A stretch of 64,000 bases of DNA from a virus. Lineage: Duplodnaviria; Caudoviricetes. The first letter of the stretch is position 1. Every line of letters starts with the position of its first letter. Shown one piece after another: positions 1 through 9,767 of this stretch. Location of the stretch: the IMG/VR virus record IMGVR_UViG_3300023184_000109, positions 1,826 through 65,825 of that record. One strand, given 5' to 3'. Under the pieces are notes generated by a model. It was not told the origin of the DNA, did no database searches, and worked only from the letters and a program-made list of their open reading frames with translations. Made by a program: the position numbers and the translations under genes.

Positions 1-60
1 ATGAAGATCAGCAACAAGCATTGCAATTTCACGATGCAATAACAAAGTTTGCTCCTTGGA

Positions 61-1230
61 TCACACCTTGAACCAACTTAGATACTGTTCTATTTTCTTT
101 GTGACTGTGCCCCAATCGCCTATTGACGGTTGACGGAATATGCGCACAGTGGGATACCAAGGATTTGAATCACGATCCAGCATCCAACGCCAGTCGGTGG
201 CAAACCATTGCAACATCAACCATGTGGGTCGGCCCATGGCAGCGGCCAGGTGTGTGATGGCAGTATCTACTGAGATCACAACATCAAGGCAATTGATCAA
301 GGCTGCAGTATCTGCAAAACTTTGTACACTTCCTGGGTAGCGGGTGACCCCAGCTGCTGCTAATTCTTGGTCTTCTTCGTCTGTGGCATCCACTTGCAGG
401 TTGATCCATTCGTACTGTGGATTGTTTTTGACCATGGCCAGCATGGTTTCAAACGGCACACCTTTGTGACGATTCAGCCAGGCATCCCTACGACCACTCC
501 ACGAAAATCCCACACGCATGCGATTTTTTGCACCCAATACTTTTAACCAAGCAGCGGCTCTGTCACTGGGGGCATTGATATATTGCACATTTCTGGGTAA
601 ATTTTCTAAGGTCACTCCTAGGACTCCGGGCAAGCTCATGATGGGAATCCAATAATCAAACTCAGGAGGAGTGTCGGTATATGTACCAATCCAAGCAATA
701 ACCGGACTGGTGTTTAACAATGGTATCAGGCCTTCTGTGGTTTGAAACAATACTCGGGCGCCAGCAGAATGCAAGTTGTGCAAGAATCTACAGAACTGTA
801 TGTTGTCGCCATGTCCTTGCTCGCCCACAACAAGAATAGTTTTGTCCTTGAGATCCTCGCCACGCCAGCGCGGTTGCGAGTGTTGCGGCTCAGTGCCAGC
901 AAGATGTTCGTATTGCCAGCGTGATTCATATGCTGGCCAGCCACGAGCATAGTCGCCCTGGATCAAATAGCTCACAGCCAGGTTAAATTTGGCAGTAACA
1001 CTGGTAGGATCAAGTATGATGGCATGTTCCAAAAATGGTATTCCACGACGCGGCTGTCCACACTCACGTAACACATTGCCATAGTTGTTGAATGCTGCCG
1101 ACGAGTCAGGATCATGACACATGGCCAGCATGTAACATTTTAATGCTTGATCCGGGAGATTTTCACCGCGCAGTCGGTTGCCTTCTTCGATTAATTGGGC
1201 AGGGTCTACAATTTGTTCAGTTGTGTTCAT
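61..1230 (-). CDS. TPR-repeat protein fused to a GT-B (GT9/heptosyltransferase-like) glycosyltransferase domain
   Basis: N-terminal TPRs (AAFNNYGNVLRECG, AKFNLAVSYL), then EQGHGDNIQFCRF and C-terminal DVVISVDTAITHLAAAMGRPTW. Start placed at ATG 1230, 5 nt after TAAATA on the minus strand. Confidence 0.8.
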   Translation of the reverse strand: MNTTEQIVDPAQLIEEGNRLRGENLPDQALKCYMLAMCHDPDSSAAFNNYGNVLRECGQPRRGIPFLEHAIILDPTSVTAKFNLAVSYLIQGDYARGWPAYESRWQYEHLAGTEPQHSQPRWRGEDLKDKTILVVGEQGHGDNIQFCRFLHNLHSAGARVLFQTTEGLIPLLNTSPVIAWIGTYTDTPPEFDYWIPIMSLPGVLGVTLENLPRNVQYINAPSDRAAAWLKVLGAKNRMRVGFSWSGRRDAWLNRHKGVPFETMLAMVKNNPQYEWINLQVDATDEEDQELAAAGVTRYPGSVQSFADTAALINCLDVVISVDTAITHLAAAMGRPTWLMLQWFATDWRWMLDRDSNPWYPTVRIFRQPSIGDWGTVTKKIEQYLSWFKV

Positions 1231-1277
1231 ATCAATATTTACAGCATATACAGTGTGGTTAATTATTTTAACAGATC

Positions 1278-1285
1278 TATAAATA
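1278..1285 (+). promoter_or_regulatory. T4-type late promoter TATAAATA
   Basis: Exact T4 late consensus upstream of the virion cluster, divergent from a TAAATA at 1236-1241 (minus). Confidence 0.7.
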
Positions 1286-1286
1286 C

Positions 1287-1366
1287 AAGTCAACGCAATT
1301 CTGCGTTTTATGCGGCGTTAACCCACCGCGTAGCGACTAGAACTCGCATCGGGCTTCTTTAAGGAG
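1287..1366 (+). ncRNA. Putative structured 5' leader RNA (three hairpins, possible four-way junction)
   Basis: Stems AACGCA/TGCGTT, TATGCGG/CCGCGTA and GCGA/TCGC, possible closing stem AAGTC/GGCTT, followed by the SD AAGGAG. Confidence 0.5.
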
Positions 1367-1374
1367 AAATACAA

Positions 1375-2211
1375 ATGGGAAGAGCTCTTAAAATTCAAAA
1401 AACCAACACTGGATCTGGATCTACAACTTCAGGATCTAATCCAGTAGTCACTGCATACAATCAAAACGTTTTAACTGACGCCGGCTACCCCAACTTTGGA
1501 TCATTGACCAATCCAGTGTATAATACACCTGTACAAACACTGGACGCTGACCAATTCTTGGGTGTTGTGGGCGGATCACCTGCTACCAGCACAGCATCCA
1601 CAACTTTTCCAGAAATTGTTGCCAAAGTCAACGTTGTATTAGGCGACGGTACTGCTGTGGGTGTAAAAACAGGACGTATCATACGTCAAAAAGGATCACA
1701 CAAGTTCCTGGTAGCTGCCACGCAAACTCCCATTGCTGACGGCAGCTTTGTTGTTGGCTCTGCATATCAAATCAGCACACTTGGTACCACAACCAACTGG
1801 GCCACAGCAGGTGCGCAAGGTAGCACAATCGCGTTGGGTGATGTGTTCACAGCCACCAGTGTGGGCGGGTCAGGTAACGGGTTTGCATTTCCAGTGGGAA
1901 TTTGCATTCTATCAAACACTGCTACACCAGCAGCCGGTTACATGAGCATTGCATACAGTGTGGGCGACAGTGCAGCCGTGTATGCCAGTTACATCACCAA
2001 CAAGTGGGTACGTGACTGGAACGGCATGACCTACGGCAACTATGCTGATACCAACTATGGGCCCAACATCCAGAGCAGCGAAAACAGTTATGTTACCAAC
2101 TTCTTCACAGACGAAGGCAATGTCACTGTATCTGGAAGCGAACTTACTGGCACCAGTTATGTACAAAACGGAACAGTTCAACTGGCTCAAATCGCCAGCG
2201 TTACTTCTTAA
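1375..2211 (+). CDS. Putative virion structural protein
   Basis: 278 aa, Thr/Gly/Ser-rich, strong SD AAGGAG, downstream of a late promoter. Confidence 0.6.
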   Translation: MGRALKIQKTNTGSGSTTSGSNPVVTAYNQNVLTDAGYPNFGSLTNPVYNTPVQTLDADQFLGVVGGSPATSTASTTFPEIVAKVNVVLGDGTAVGVKTGRIIRQKGSHKFLVAATQTPIADGSFVVGSAYQISTLGTTTNWATAGAQGSTIALGDVFTATSVGGSGNGFAFPVGICILSNTATPAAGYMSIAYSVGDSAAVYASYITNKWVRDWNGMTYGNYADTNYGPNIQSSENSYVTNFFTDEGNVTVSGSELTGTSYVQNGTVQLAQIASVTS

Positions 2212-2224
2212 TTTGTAAAGTGTT

Positions 2225-2257
2225 GAGGTCCTCCCAGCTACATACTGGGAGGATTTC
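2225..2257 (+). promoter_or_regulatory. SD-sequestering hairpin with late-promoter-like TACATA in the loop
   Basis: 13-bp stem GAGGTCCTCCCAG/CTGGGAGGATTTC (2 G-U pairs) covers GGAGGA before ATG 2260. Confidence 0.55.
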
Positions 2258-2259
2258 TT

Positions 2260-2847
2260 ATGAGTGCAGCATTTGTTTTGGGCAACGGCATCAGCCGCCT
2301 GGCAGTTGATTTGTCAGTATTACAACAACGTGGCAAGATCTACGGCTGTAATGCATTGTATCGTGAATTTATACCCGATGTGCTGATCAGCACCGACAAA
2401 GGCATTGCTCACACCATACAGCACACAGGATACGCCCGAGAACATGTGATGTACACCCGCAAGCCCTTGCCTGGATTAGGGGCGAGATCTGTGCCACAAA
2501 GCTACTTTGGATTCAGCTCAGGTCCCATAGCAGTGGGTCTGGCTGCAATGGATAAACATTTAGCAATATATCTAATTGGATTTGACATGGGGCCAACCAC
2601 TACCAATCGCTTCAACAATGTATATGCTGACACTGAATTCTACAAAAAAAGTTCGTCAAACCCCACGTTCACCGGTAACTGGGTTCGACAAATTGTAACA
2701 GTCACAAGAGATTTCCCAAACACCAGTTTTCATCGAGTCATGGGAGATACCACAGCAGACATAGCCGAACTTGCAGGCATAAAAAACATGCGACACATGT
2801 CCATGGCTGACTTCTTGAACCGCATAAATAACATAAAGGATCTGTAA
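2260..2847 (+). CDS. Maf/DUF115 (sialyltransferase-fold)-like protein, possible glycosyltransferase
   Basis: VLGNGISR, YGCNALYR, SSGPIA and IYLIGFD motifs resemble Maf/MptE-like proteins. Confidence 0.45.
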   Translation: MSAAFVLGNGISRLAVDLSVLQQRGKIYGCNALYREFIPDVLISTDKGIAHTIQHTGYAREHVMYTRKPLPGLGARSVPQSYFGFSSGPIAVGLAAMDKHLAIYLIGFDMGPTTTNRFNNVYADTEFYKKSSSNPTFTGNWVRQIVTVTRDFPNTSFHRVMGDTTADIAELAGIKNMRHMSMADFLNRINNIKDL

Positions 2848-4506
2848 ATGAGCACAGTCAAACGTGTCAGCGGTGATTACACTTTAGAAACCATAAATGC
2901 AGGTGATGTAGTCAACCTAAATGCACCATTTGTCAACATCAACGGTAACCTGACAGTTAGCGGTAATGCTGTATTGATAGGCAATATCAATGCTGACAAA
3001 ATCTTCAACGGCACAACCAGTGTGGAAATCCCAGTTGCTGGTGGCAACGCCAACATCACTGTGGGCGGCACATCAAACGTGGCTGTGTTTGCCACTACAG
3101 GCGAATACGTAACTGGGGTAATCAGTGCCAGCGGAAACATTGATGGTGGCAATTTGCGCACCGCAGGACAAGTTAGTGCCACTAGCAACGTCAGTGGTGG
3201 CAATTTGACTGTTGCCACTGGCAACATAGTTTTAACACAAACATCTGGTGCCACAACAAACCAGATGATTAGATTTCAAGATGCTAACACCGCTGTGACC
3301 ACACTAGGCGCAAACATTGGCAGTATTGAATGGTACTCATCAGACAGCACTGGTGCCGCCGCCAGAATCACAGCAAGAATTCGCGCAGTGTACGAAGATG
3401 TAAATGGCAACGCCAACATTCAAATTCAAACTGGCAGTACAGCAACTCCCACAACACGCATCACAGTAATTGGCAGTTCGGGCAATGTGGGCATTGCCAA
3501 TGCCGCACCACTGCATACTTTGGCTGTGACTGGTAACACATACGTCAGTACATTTGCCAGTGTTGTGGGTAATGTCAATGCTGGAAATTTAATCAGCGCC
3601 AATTTAACTCAAAGCGCCAACGTTGTTGTCACAGGTGCAATCAGCACGCCAAGTTGGACCACAACCGGTGTTGGCATCAGAACCGTGGCCAGCACTTATA
3701 CAGACTCTAGTACTGCAATTTCAGGAACAGCCACAACAAATCATGTTCATGTATTGGCACAGCCCACCATAGCTGGTACCAATGCCACTGTGACCACAAC
3801 CACAGCTAGTACATTGTATATTGCTGCTGCGCCGGTTGCTGGCACTAACATGACCATTACCAATCCTTATGCTTTGTACATAGCGGCTGGTAATACATAT
3901 TCGGGCGCAAACATCAGTGCCATTGGCAACATCACTGGCGGTAACGTCAACAGTGATGCAGGCATATCTGCCACAGGCAACATAACTGGTGCCAATATTG
4001 TGGGGGTACAAAACGTGTACACCACGGGCAATGTGATCACTGCCAATTTGAATGTGTCAGGCAACAGCTACGGCAATGGTATTGGTGTGGAGAACATTGT
4101 TTGGCAACCAACTACTGTGGCATTCGACAGTACCAGCCAAGCCAATGTGGGCGTGTTGGGATTCTTGGCCTTGGCTGGTCGCAGTTACAAATACGAAGCT
4201 TATTTGCCTATATTGCCTGACGGTGCCACCACAACTGGATTCAGCACACGTTTTGATGCAGGCACATGCTACTACACTGTGGAAGCGCAAACCACACAAA
4301 CCGCAGCATTTTCAGCAAGCACAAGCAATGTTTCTGGCACAGCCACTGCCACTCAGGCCATGACTGGGGTCACACCCAGAACTGTGCGAATTCAAGGCAC
4401 CGTCTACAGTGCTGGCAACGCCAATGTGGCTATTCAGGCACAGTCCAGCGCAGCCAATCTCAACATTCAATCTGGCGCATACTTGACCTACACTAGAATC
4501 AGCTAA
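2848..4506 (+). CDS. Tail fibre / virion appendage protein
   Basis: 552 aa with GNI(T/S)GGN repeats and modules shared with the neighbouring fibre genes. Confidence 0.65.
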   Translation: MSTVKRVSGDYTLETINAGDVVNLNAPFVNINGNLTVSGNAVLIGNINADKIFNGTTSVEIPVAGGNANITVGGTSNVAVFATTGEYVTGVISASGNIDGGNLRTAGQVSATSNVSGGNLTVATGNIVLTQTSGATTNQMIRFQDANTAVTTLGANIGSIEWYSSDSTGAAARITARIRAVYEDVNGNANIQIQTGSTATPTTRITVIGSSGNVGIANAAPLHTLAVTGNTYVSTFASVVGNVNAGNLISANLTQSANVVVTGAISTPSWTTTGVGIRTVASTYTDSSTAISGTATTNHVHVLAQPTIAGTNATVTTTTASTLYIAAAPVAGTNMTITNPYALYIAAGNTYSGANISAIGNITGGNVNSDAGISATGNITGANIVGVQNVYTTGNVITANLNVSGNSYGNGIGVENIVWQPTTVAFDSTSQANVGVLGFLALAGRSYKYEAYLPILPDGATTTGFSTRFDAGTCYYTVEAQTTQTAAFSASTSNVSGTATATQAMTGVTPRTVRIQGTVYSAGNANVAIQAQSSAANLNIQSGAYLTYTRIS

Positions 4507-4512
4507 AACTGC

Positions 4513-4552
4513 AAACAAGTCCTTTTGGTAAATACATCAGAGGACCTTGTTT
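4513..4552 (+). promoter_or_regulatory. Late promoter TAAATA (4529-4534) in the loop of an SD-occluding hairpin
   Basis: AAACAAG-TCCT pairs with AGGA-C-CTTGTTT; the SD AGAGGA is in the 3' arm; ATG at 4557. Confidence 0.6.
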
Positions 4553-4556
4553 ATCC

Positions 4557-7500
4557 ATGGCACAACAAATTATTGACACAGGTGCAGTTGCAAATGATGG
4601 CACCGGCGAACCGTTACGCAATGCATTCGATGCTGTAAACAACAATTTTACAGAGATCTACACCGCCGGCCCAGTGGGTAGCAATGTTGTGATTACCGGA
4701 AATACCATTACAGTACTCGGGGTCAACAACAACCTGGTGTTGGCTGGTAACGGAATTGGCAACATTCAAGCCAACAGCACAATCATGCCCAGCATTGATT
4801 CTGTGTATGATATTGGCGCTCCCTCACAAAGAATTGACACAGTGTATGCCCAGTATTTTGTGGGCAATGGCTCACAATTAACTGGGATTACCACTTCTGG
4901 CACCAGTATAAACTGGGGTACCAGCAATGTAAAAATAGTCAGTTCAGGTGGCAATGTTACCATATCAGTGGGCGGATCTAGCAATGTTGCGGTGTTTGCC
5001 AACGTTGGTACATGGCCCGGTGCCAACATCAAAGGAACTGTGACCAGCGGTAACTTCCGCACATATGGTTCGGGCGGCAACATCACTGGTGCCAATGTAA
5101 TCGCCGGCGTCACACTGACTGCTTCGGCCAATGTGATTGGTCAGTACTTCCTGGGCAATGGTGCATTGCTGACAGGTATCAACACTGGCAATACCAACAG
5201 CATTGTCAACGGCAACAGCAATGTTTCTATCAATGCTGCTGGCGCCAATGTCACTGTGAGTGTGCGTGGCACAGCCAACACAGTGGTGTTTGGCAATGCC
5301 AACACCACATTTTCTGGAAGTCTGCTGCCTGCAGGCAACAACATTTACAATTTGGGCTCAACCACACAGCGTTGGAACACACTGTGGTTGAGCGGCAACA
5401 CAATTAGGCTGGGCGAAAGCTCAATCACATCTGGCACAAACGACAGTTTAATTTTAACAAACCCTCTGGGCGGACAATTCATTGTTGGTGGTATTGATAT
5501 TGCTGGATCTTCAAGACTGGCCAATGGCACAAGCAACATTGGTATTCCTGTTGCTGATGGCAACGTTGTAATCAGTGCCGGCGGATCAGCCAATGTGCTG
5601 GTGGTCAGACCCACTGGAATTTCATTGTCAGGCACAATAATTGCCACTGGTAACATACTCAGCAGTGGCATGGTGTCTGGCACAAGTTTGTCAGCATCCA
5701 GCGCCACAATATATGGCAATATTGCCACTGTATCACTCAATGCCACAGGTAACATTACCGGTGCAAATGTAAATGCTACTGGCAATATTTCGGCTGTTGG
5801 CAACGTCAACGCTGGTAATTTAAGAACTGTTGGTTCAAATGGCAATATTATTGGTGCCAACTATGTCACAGCCAATTACTTTGTTGGTAATGGTAGTCAG
5901 TTGACTGGACTTGCGGTCAGTAGCAATGCTGCACTGATATTTGGTAACACACTCAGTGCCAATGTGTTGTACAGCAGTTTACGAACTGTGGGCACATTGA
6001 ACAATTTAAGTGTGGGCAACATAAATGGTGGCACAGGTAACATCACTGCCAACAATGTCACTGCTACTCGAACACTCAATGCTGTAGGCAATGTCACTGG
6101 TGGCAATATCAATGCTGTGGCCAATGTGTCAGCACCCGGTGCCACAATCACCACAGTTACCGCAACTACATTAAATGCAACCAACATGGTTGCAACCAAC
6201 AATATCACTGCCACTGGCAATGTCATAGGTGGTAATGTGAATGCTGTGGGACTAAGTCTAAGTGGTAATGTTATCAGTGCATTGAATGTTACCAGCAACA
6301 TTGCTGCCAGCAATATTATTGGTGCCAATCTGTTTGGTACCACTGCCAGCGTTACGGGCAATATTAGAACTGGCAACATCAGTGCTATTGGTAATGTCAA
6401 AGCTGGTAATCTTAACACTGTAAGTTTGAGCCTAAGTGGCAATGTATTAAACAACTTGATTGTAGATGGATTCTTTTATTCTGCTGGCAACGTCACAACT
6501 GGTGCCAATTTGGTGGCACCCGCAGGTTATGTATTTGCCGCAGGCAACGTCACTGGTGGCAACATAACCACCGCAGGAACCATTACAACGTCAGGTAATG
6601 TGGTAGGTGGCAATTTAAATGCTGTTGGCTTGAGCTTGAGTGGCAATGTTATATCACCACTAAACTTGACCACCAACATCACAACAACTGGCATAGTCAA
6701 TGCAACTTCGCACATTGGTGGTGCAGTCAGTGTCACTGGCAATATTCTAGGCAATTATGTAAAAGCTGTGGGGTTGAGCCTGAGTGGCAATGTAATATCG
6801 GCTATCAATTCTACTTCGGCAATCAATACTACAGGCAACATCAGTGGTGGTAACTTAAATCTAGGCATTGGCAATGTCAACAGTGGCAATATAAATGCAA
6901 CAGCAGGATCAGTTATTGGAAACATGGTTGCGGGCAATGTGGGTGCCCTGGGCAATATGCAAGCAATTGGCAATATTGCTGCCAGCTACTACATTGGCAA
7001 TGGTTCACTATTAACTGGAGTTCAAGCCACCGGAATTGGTACTCTTGCCAGTTTGAGTGTTACTGGTAACATTAGAACCGGCAATCTAAACAGCCTGGGA
7101 CAAGTCAGCTCAGTGGGCAACATCACTGGTGGCAACATAATCACAGCAGCGGCTGTGAGTGCTGCTACAATGACCACAACTGGCGATGCAATAATTGGTG
7201 GTAACTTAACAGTCAATGGCAACACAGAATACACAAACGTAACCAGCTTCAACGTTCAAGACCCAATTATAAGTTTGGGTCGAGGAGCAAATGGTGCTCC
7301 GCTAGTCAGTAACGATGGCAAAGATCGTGGTGAACAACTTTGGTACTATAGTGCTGCAGAACGTTCGGCATTTGTTGGATATCAAAACAGCACTGGCAAC
7401 ATAATTGCCGCTGCCAATGTAAGCATTGCCAACGAAGTTGTGACTGTGAACAGCTATGGTACATTTGTAGTTGGTAACTTATATGGAACAACTGCCAGTT

Positions 7501-9431
7501 TAACTGGCAACATCACAGGTGGCAATTTACGCACAGCAGGACAAGTGTCAGCTGGTGGTAACATTACAGGTGCCAACATTATCACTGGTGGTGCAATAAG
7601 TGCAGCCTCAGTATCAGCAAGTGGTAACATCACTGGTGGTAACTTAAATACCGCAGGACTAAGTTTGAGTGGCAATATTCTTAGTGTGTTGCAATCAACT
7701 TCAAATATTGCAACTACAGGTAATATTATTGCCATCAGTGGATACTTTATTGGTAACGGCAGCCAGCTAACAGGACTAACACCATTCAAAATTTTCAATG
7801 GTACTAGTGAAGCCAATATTGGCTCAACTGATGGCAATGCTAATATTTCAATCAATGGCACATCAAATGTGGCAGTGTTTACCACAACTGGATTGAACAT
7901 AACTGGCGTAGTATCAGCAAGTGGCAACATCACTGGTGGCAACTTGAATGCTGCTGGCTTGAGTCTGAGTGGTAATATTGTCAGCGCAATCAACACAACT
8001 TTGGCAATCACTACAACTGCCAACATCACTGGCGGCAATGTGCTATTTGGTGCAGGTGTCATAAGTGGAACTGGCAACATCACAGGTGGCAATTTAATTG
8101 GCACATTGTATGGTAATGTCAACGCAACCACAGTCAGTGCAAGTGCAAACATCACAGGTGGCAATTTAATTGGCACATTGTATGGTAATGTCAACGCAAC
8201 CACAGTCAGTGCAACTGGCAACGTAACTGGTGGCAACTTGATCACAGCAGGTGCAATATCAGCAGCATCAGTTAGTGCAAGTGGCAATGTAACTGGTGCC
8301 AATGTTAATGCAACAGTGATATCAAGTACTGGTAATGTAGCTGGTGGAAACATTGCTTCGGTGGGTGTGATAACTTCTGCTGGCAACATACTAACTGGTA
8401 GTGCAATCAGCAGTGCTGGCAACATTATTTCTGCAGCCAATGTTCAAGCACAAAACTTTATTGGTAACTTGCAAGGTAGTGTCAATATATCAACGCTGTC
8501 TAGCAATGGACAAGTGTTGTTCAACAGTTCAGGCAATATAACCGGCGATACAGGATTAACATTTGATTATGCTGCCAACGCTCTCACTGTGGGTGGTGCA
8601 ATCGTTACCACAAATGGTGGCGACTTAACCATTGGCGGCAAAATAAGTTCTACCGGCAATATTATATCAACCAGCAACATCAGCGGTGGTAACATTTTGG
8701 CCACCACTGCGGTCAGCACTGGCGGCAACGTAATTGGTGCAAATATCACAACTGGCGGTGTAGTCAGTGCTGCAGGTAATATCACAGGCGGCAATTTGAA
8801 TGCCACAGGATTGAGTCTAAGTGGTAATGTGGTTTCAGCGTTTGGTGTCACCGGCAACATTGCTGGAGGCAACATCACAACACCGGGGTTGGTAACTGCG
8901 GTTGGTAATATTTCGGGCAATTACATTTTGGGCAATGGTGCCTTGTTGAGTGGAATTGCAGCCGGTTATGGCAATGCCAATGTGGCTGCATACTTGCCCA
9001 CGTACACAGGCAATTTGGTTGCACTTGCTGGCAACGTTACTACAACAGCCAACATTTCGGCTGGTAATATTTTAACTGGCGGCTTAATCAGTGTGACAGG
9101 AAATATCACTGGTGGCAACTTGAATGTTAGCGGTCTGAGCTTGAGTTCAAACGTGGTGTCAATATTGAATGTGACATCAAACATTGCTGGCGGTAACATC
9201 ACAACTCCAGGATTGATCTCAGTTACTGGCAACATCACTGGTGGTAACATAATGACCACTGGGTTGAGTTTGAGCGGAAATGTACTCAGTGCGATTGACT
9301 TAACTGCAAATGTAACAACCACAGCCAATGTCAATGCCAACAATATCACCGCTACAACCTCGATAAATATCAACGGTGCAACTGTGGCAACTGTAGATGA
9401 TGCGGCAGCATTGGCAATAGCTTTAGGATAA
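4557..9431 (+). CDS. Long tail fibre-like repeat protein (1624 aa)
   Basis: N-terminal ANDGTGEPLRNAF motif typical of T4-like baseplate/fibre proteins, many GNITGGNL and YFxGNGSQLTG repeats, C-terminal AAALAIALG. Confidence 0.75.
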   Translation: MAQQIIDTGAVANDGTGEPLRNAFDAVNNNFTEIYTAGPVGSNVVITGNTITVLGVNNNLVLAGNGIGNIQANSTIMPSIDSVYDIGAPSQRIDTVYAQYFVGNGSQLTGITTSGTSINWGTSNVKIVSSGGNVTISVGGSSNVAVFANVGTWPGANIKGTVTSGNFRTYGSGGNITGANVIAGVTLTASANVIGQYFLGNGALLTGINTGNTNSIVNGNSNVSINAAGANVTVSVRGTANTVVFGNANTTFSGSLLPAGNNIYNLGSTTQRWNTLWLSGNTIRLGESSITSGTNDSLILTNPLGGQFIVGGIDIAGSSRLANGTSNIGIPVADGNVVISAGGSANVLVVRPTGISLSGTIIATGNILSSGMVSGTSLSASSATIYGNIATVSLNATGNITGANVNATGNISAVGNVNAGNLRTVGSNGNIIGANYVTANYFVGNGSQLTGLAVSSNAALIFGNTLSANVLYSSLRTVGTLNNLSVGNINGGTGNITANNVTATRTLNAVGNVTGGNINAVANVSAPGATITTVTATTLNATNMVATNNITATGNVIGGNVNAVGLSLSGNVISALNVTSNIAASNIIGANLFGTTASVTGNIRTGNISAIGNVKAGNLNTVSLSLSGNVLNNLIVDGFFYSAGNVTTGANLVAPAGYVFAAGNVTGGNITTAGTITTSGNVVGGNLNAVGLSLSGNVISPLNLTTNITTTGIVNATSHIGGAVSVTGNILGNYVKAVGLSLSGNVISAINSTSAINTTGNISGGNLNLGIGNVNSGNINATAGSVIGNMVAGNVGALGNMQAIGNIAASYYIGNGSLLTGVQATGIGTLASLSVTGNIRTGNLNSLGQVSSVGNITGGNIITAAAVSAATMTTTGDAIIGGNLTVNGNTEYTNVTSFNVQDPIISLGRGANGAPLVSNDGKDRGEQLWYYSAAERSAFVGYQNSTGNIIAAANVSIANEVVTVNSYGTFVVGNLYGTTASLTGNITGGNLRTAGQVSAGGNITGANIITGGAISAASVSASGNITGGNLNTAGLSLSGNILSVLQSTSNIATTGNIIAISGYFIGNGSQLTGLTPFKIFNGTSEANIGSTDGNANISINGTSNVAVFTTTGLNITGVVSASGNITGGNLNAAGLSLSGNIVSAINTTLAITTTANITGGNVLFGAGVISGTGNITGGNLIGTLYGNVNATTVSASANITGGNLIGTLYGNVNATTVSATGNVTGGNLITAGAISAASVSASGNVTGANVNATVISSTGNVAGGNIASVGVITSAGNILTGSAISSAGNIISAANVQAQNFIGNLQGSVNISTLSSNGQVLFNSSGNITGDTGLTFDYAANALTVGGAIVTTNGGDLTIGGKISSTGNIISTSNISGGNILATTAVSTGGNVIGANITTGGVVSAAGNITGGNLNATGLSLSGNVVSAFGVTGNIAGGNITTPGLVTAVGNISGNYILGNGALLSGIAAGYGNANVAAYLPTYTGNLVALAGNVTTTANISAGNILTGGLISVTGNITGGNLNVSGLSLSSNVVSILNVTSNIAGGNITTPGLISVTGNITGGNIMTTGLSLSGNVLSAIDLTANVTTTANVNANNITATTSININGATVATVDDAAALAIALG
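8076..8214 (+). repeat. Exact 67-bp tandem duplication (72-bp period) in the fibre gene
   Basis: 8076-8142 is identical to 8148-8214; each copy encodes NITGGNLIGTLYGNVNATTVSA. Confidence 0.9.
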
Positions 9432-9434
9432 CAA

Positions 9435-9767
9435 ATGGCAAATACTTTTACACGAAAAACTTCGCAAAACATAGGCGCAACTGCTACACAAATAGGTGCG
9501 TACACTGTTCCTTCAGCTACGACTACTATTGTGATTGGCTTGGTCTGCACTAACACAACAGGCAGTGCAATCACAGCCAATGTGTACTTGGCCAATGGCG
9601 TGGCCAATACTTACATCGTGGCCAATGCACCCATCAGTTCAGGAGCATCTTTAATTCCTGTAGGCGGCGATCAAAAGATTGTAATGATCACCGGGGACAA
9701 AATGTATGTGCAAAGCAGTGCTGGTTCCAGCATTGATACTGTAATGAGCATAATGGAAATCACCTAA
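9435..9767 (+). CDS. Small beta-rich virion/fibre-associated protein
   Basis: 110 aa, between fibre genes, TAATG-coupled to the next gene. Confidence 0.6.
   Translation: MANTFTRKTSQNIGATATQIGAYTVPSATTTIVIGLVCTNTTGSAITANVYLANGVANTYIVANAPISSGASLIPVGGDQKIVMITGDKMYVQSSAGSSIDTVMSIMEIT

Noticed and set aside
1-57. Possible minus-strand ORF starting at TTG 45 after SD AAGGAG and running off the window
   Set aside because: Only 15 codons are visible, too few to support a call.
1287-1360. Cloverleaf read as a tRNA gene
   Set aside because: No TTCRA T-loop, no 7-bp acceptor stem and no CCA; kept only as a leader structure.
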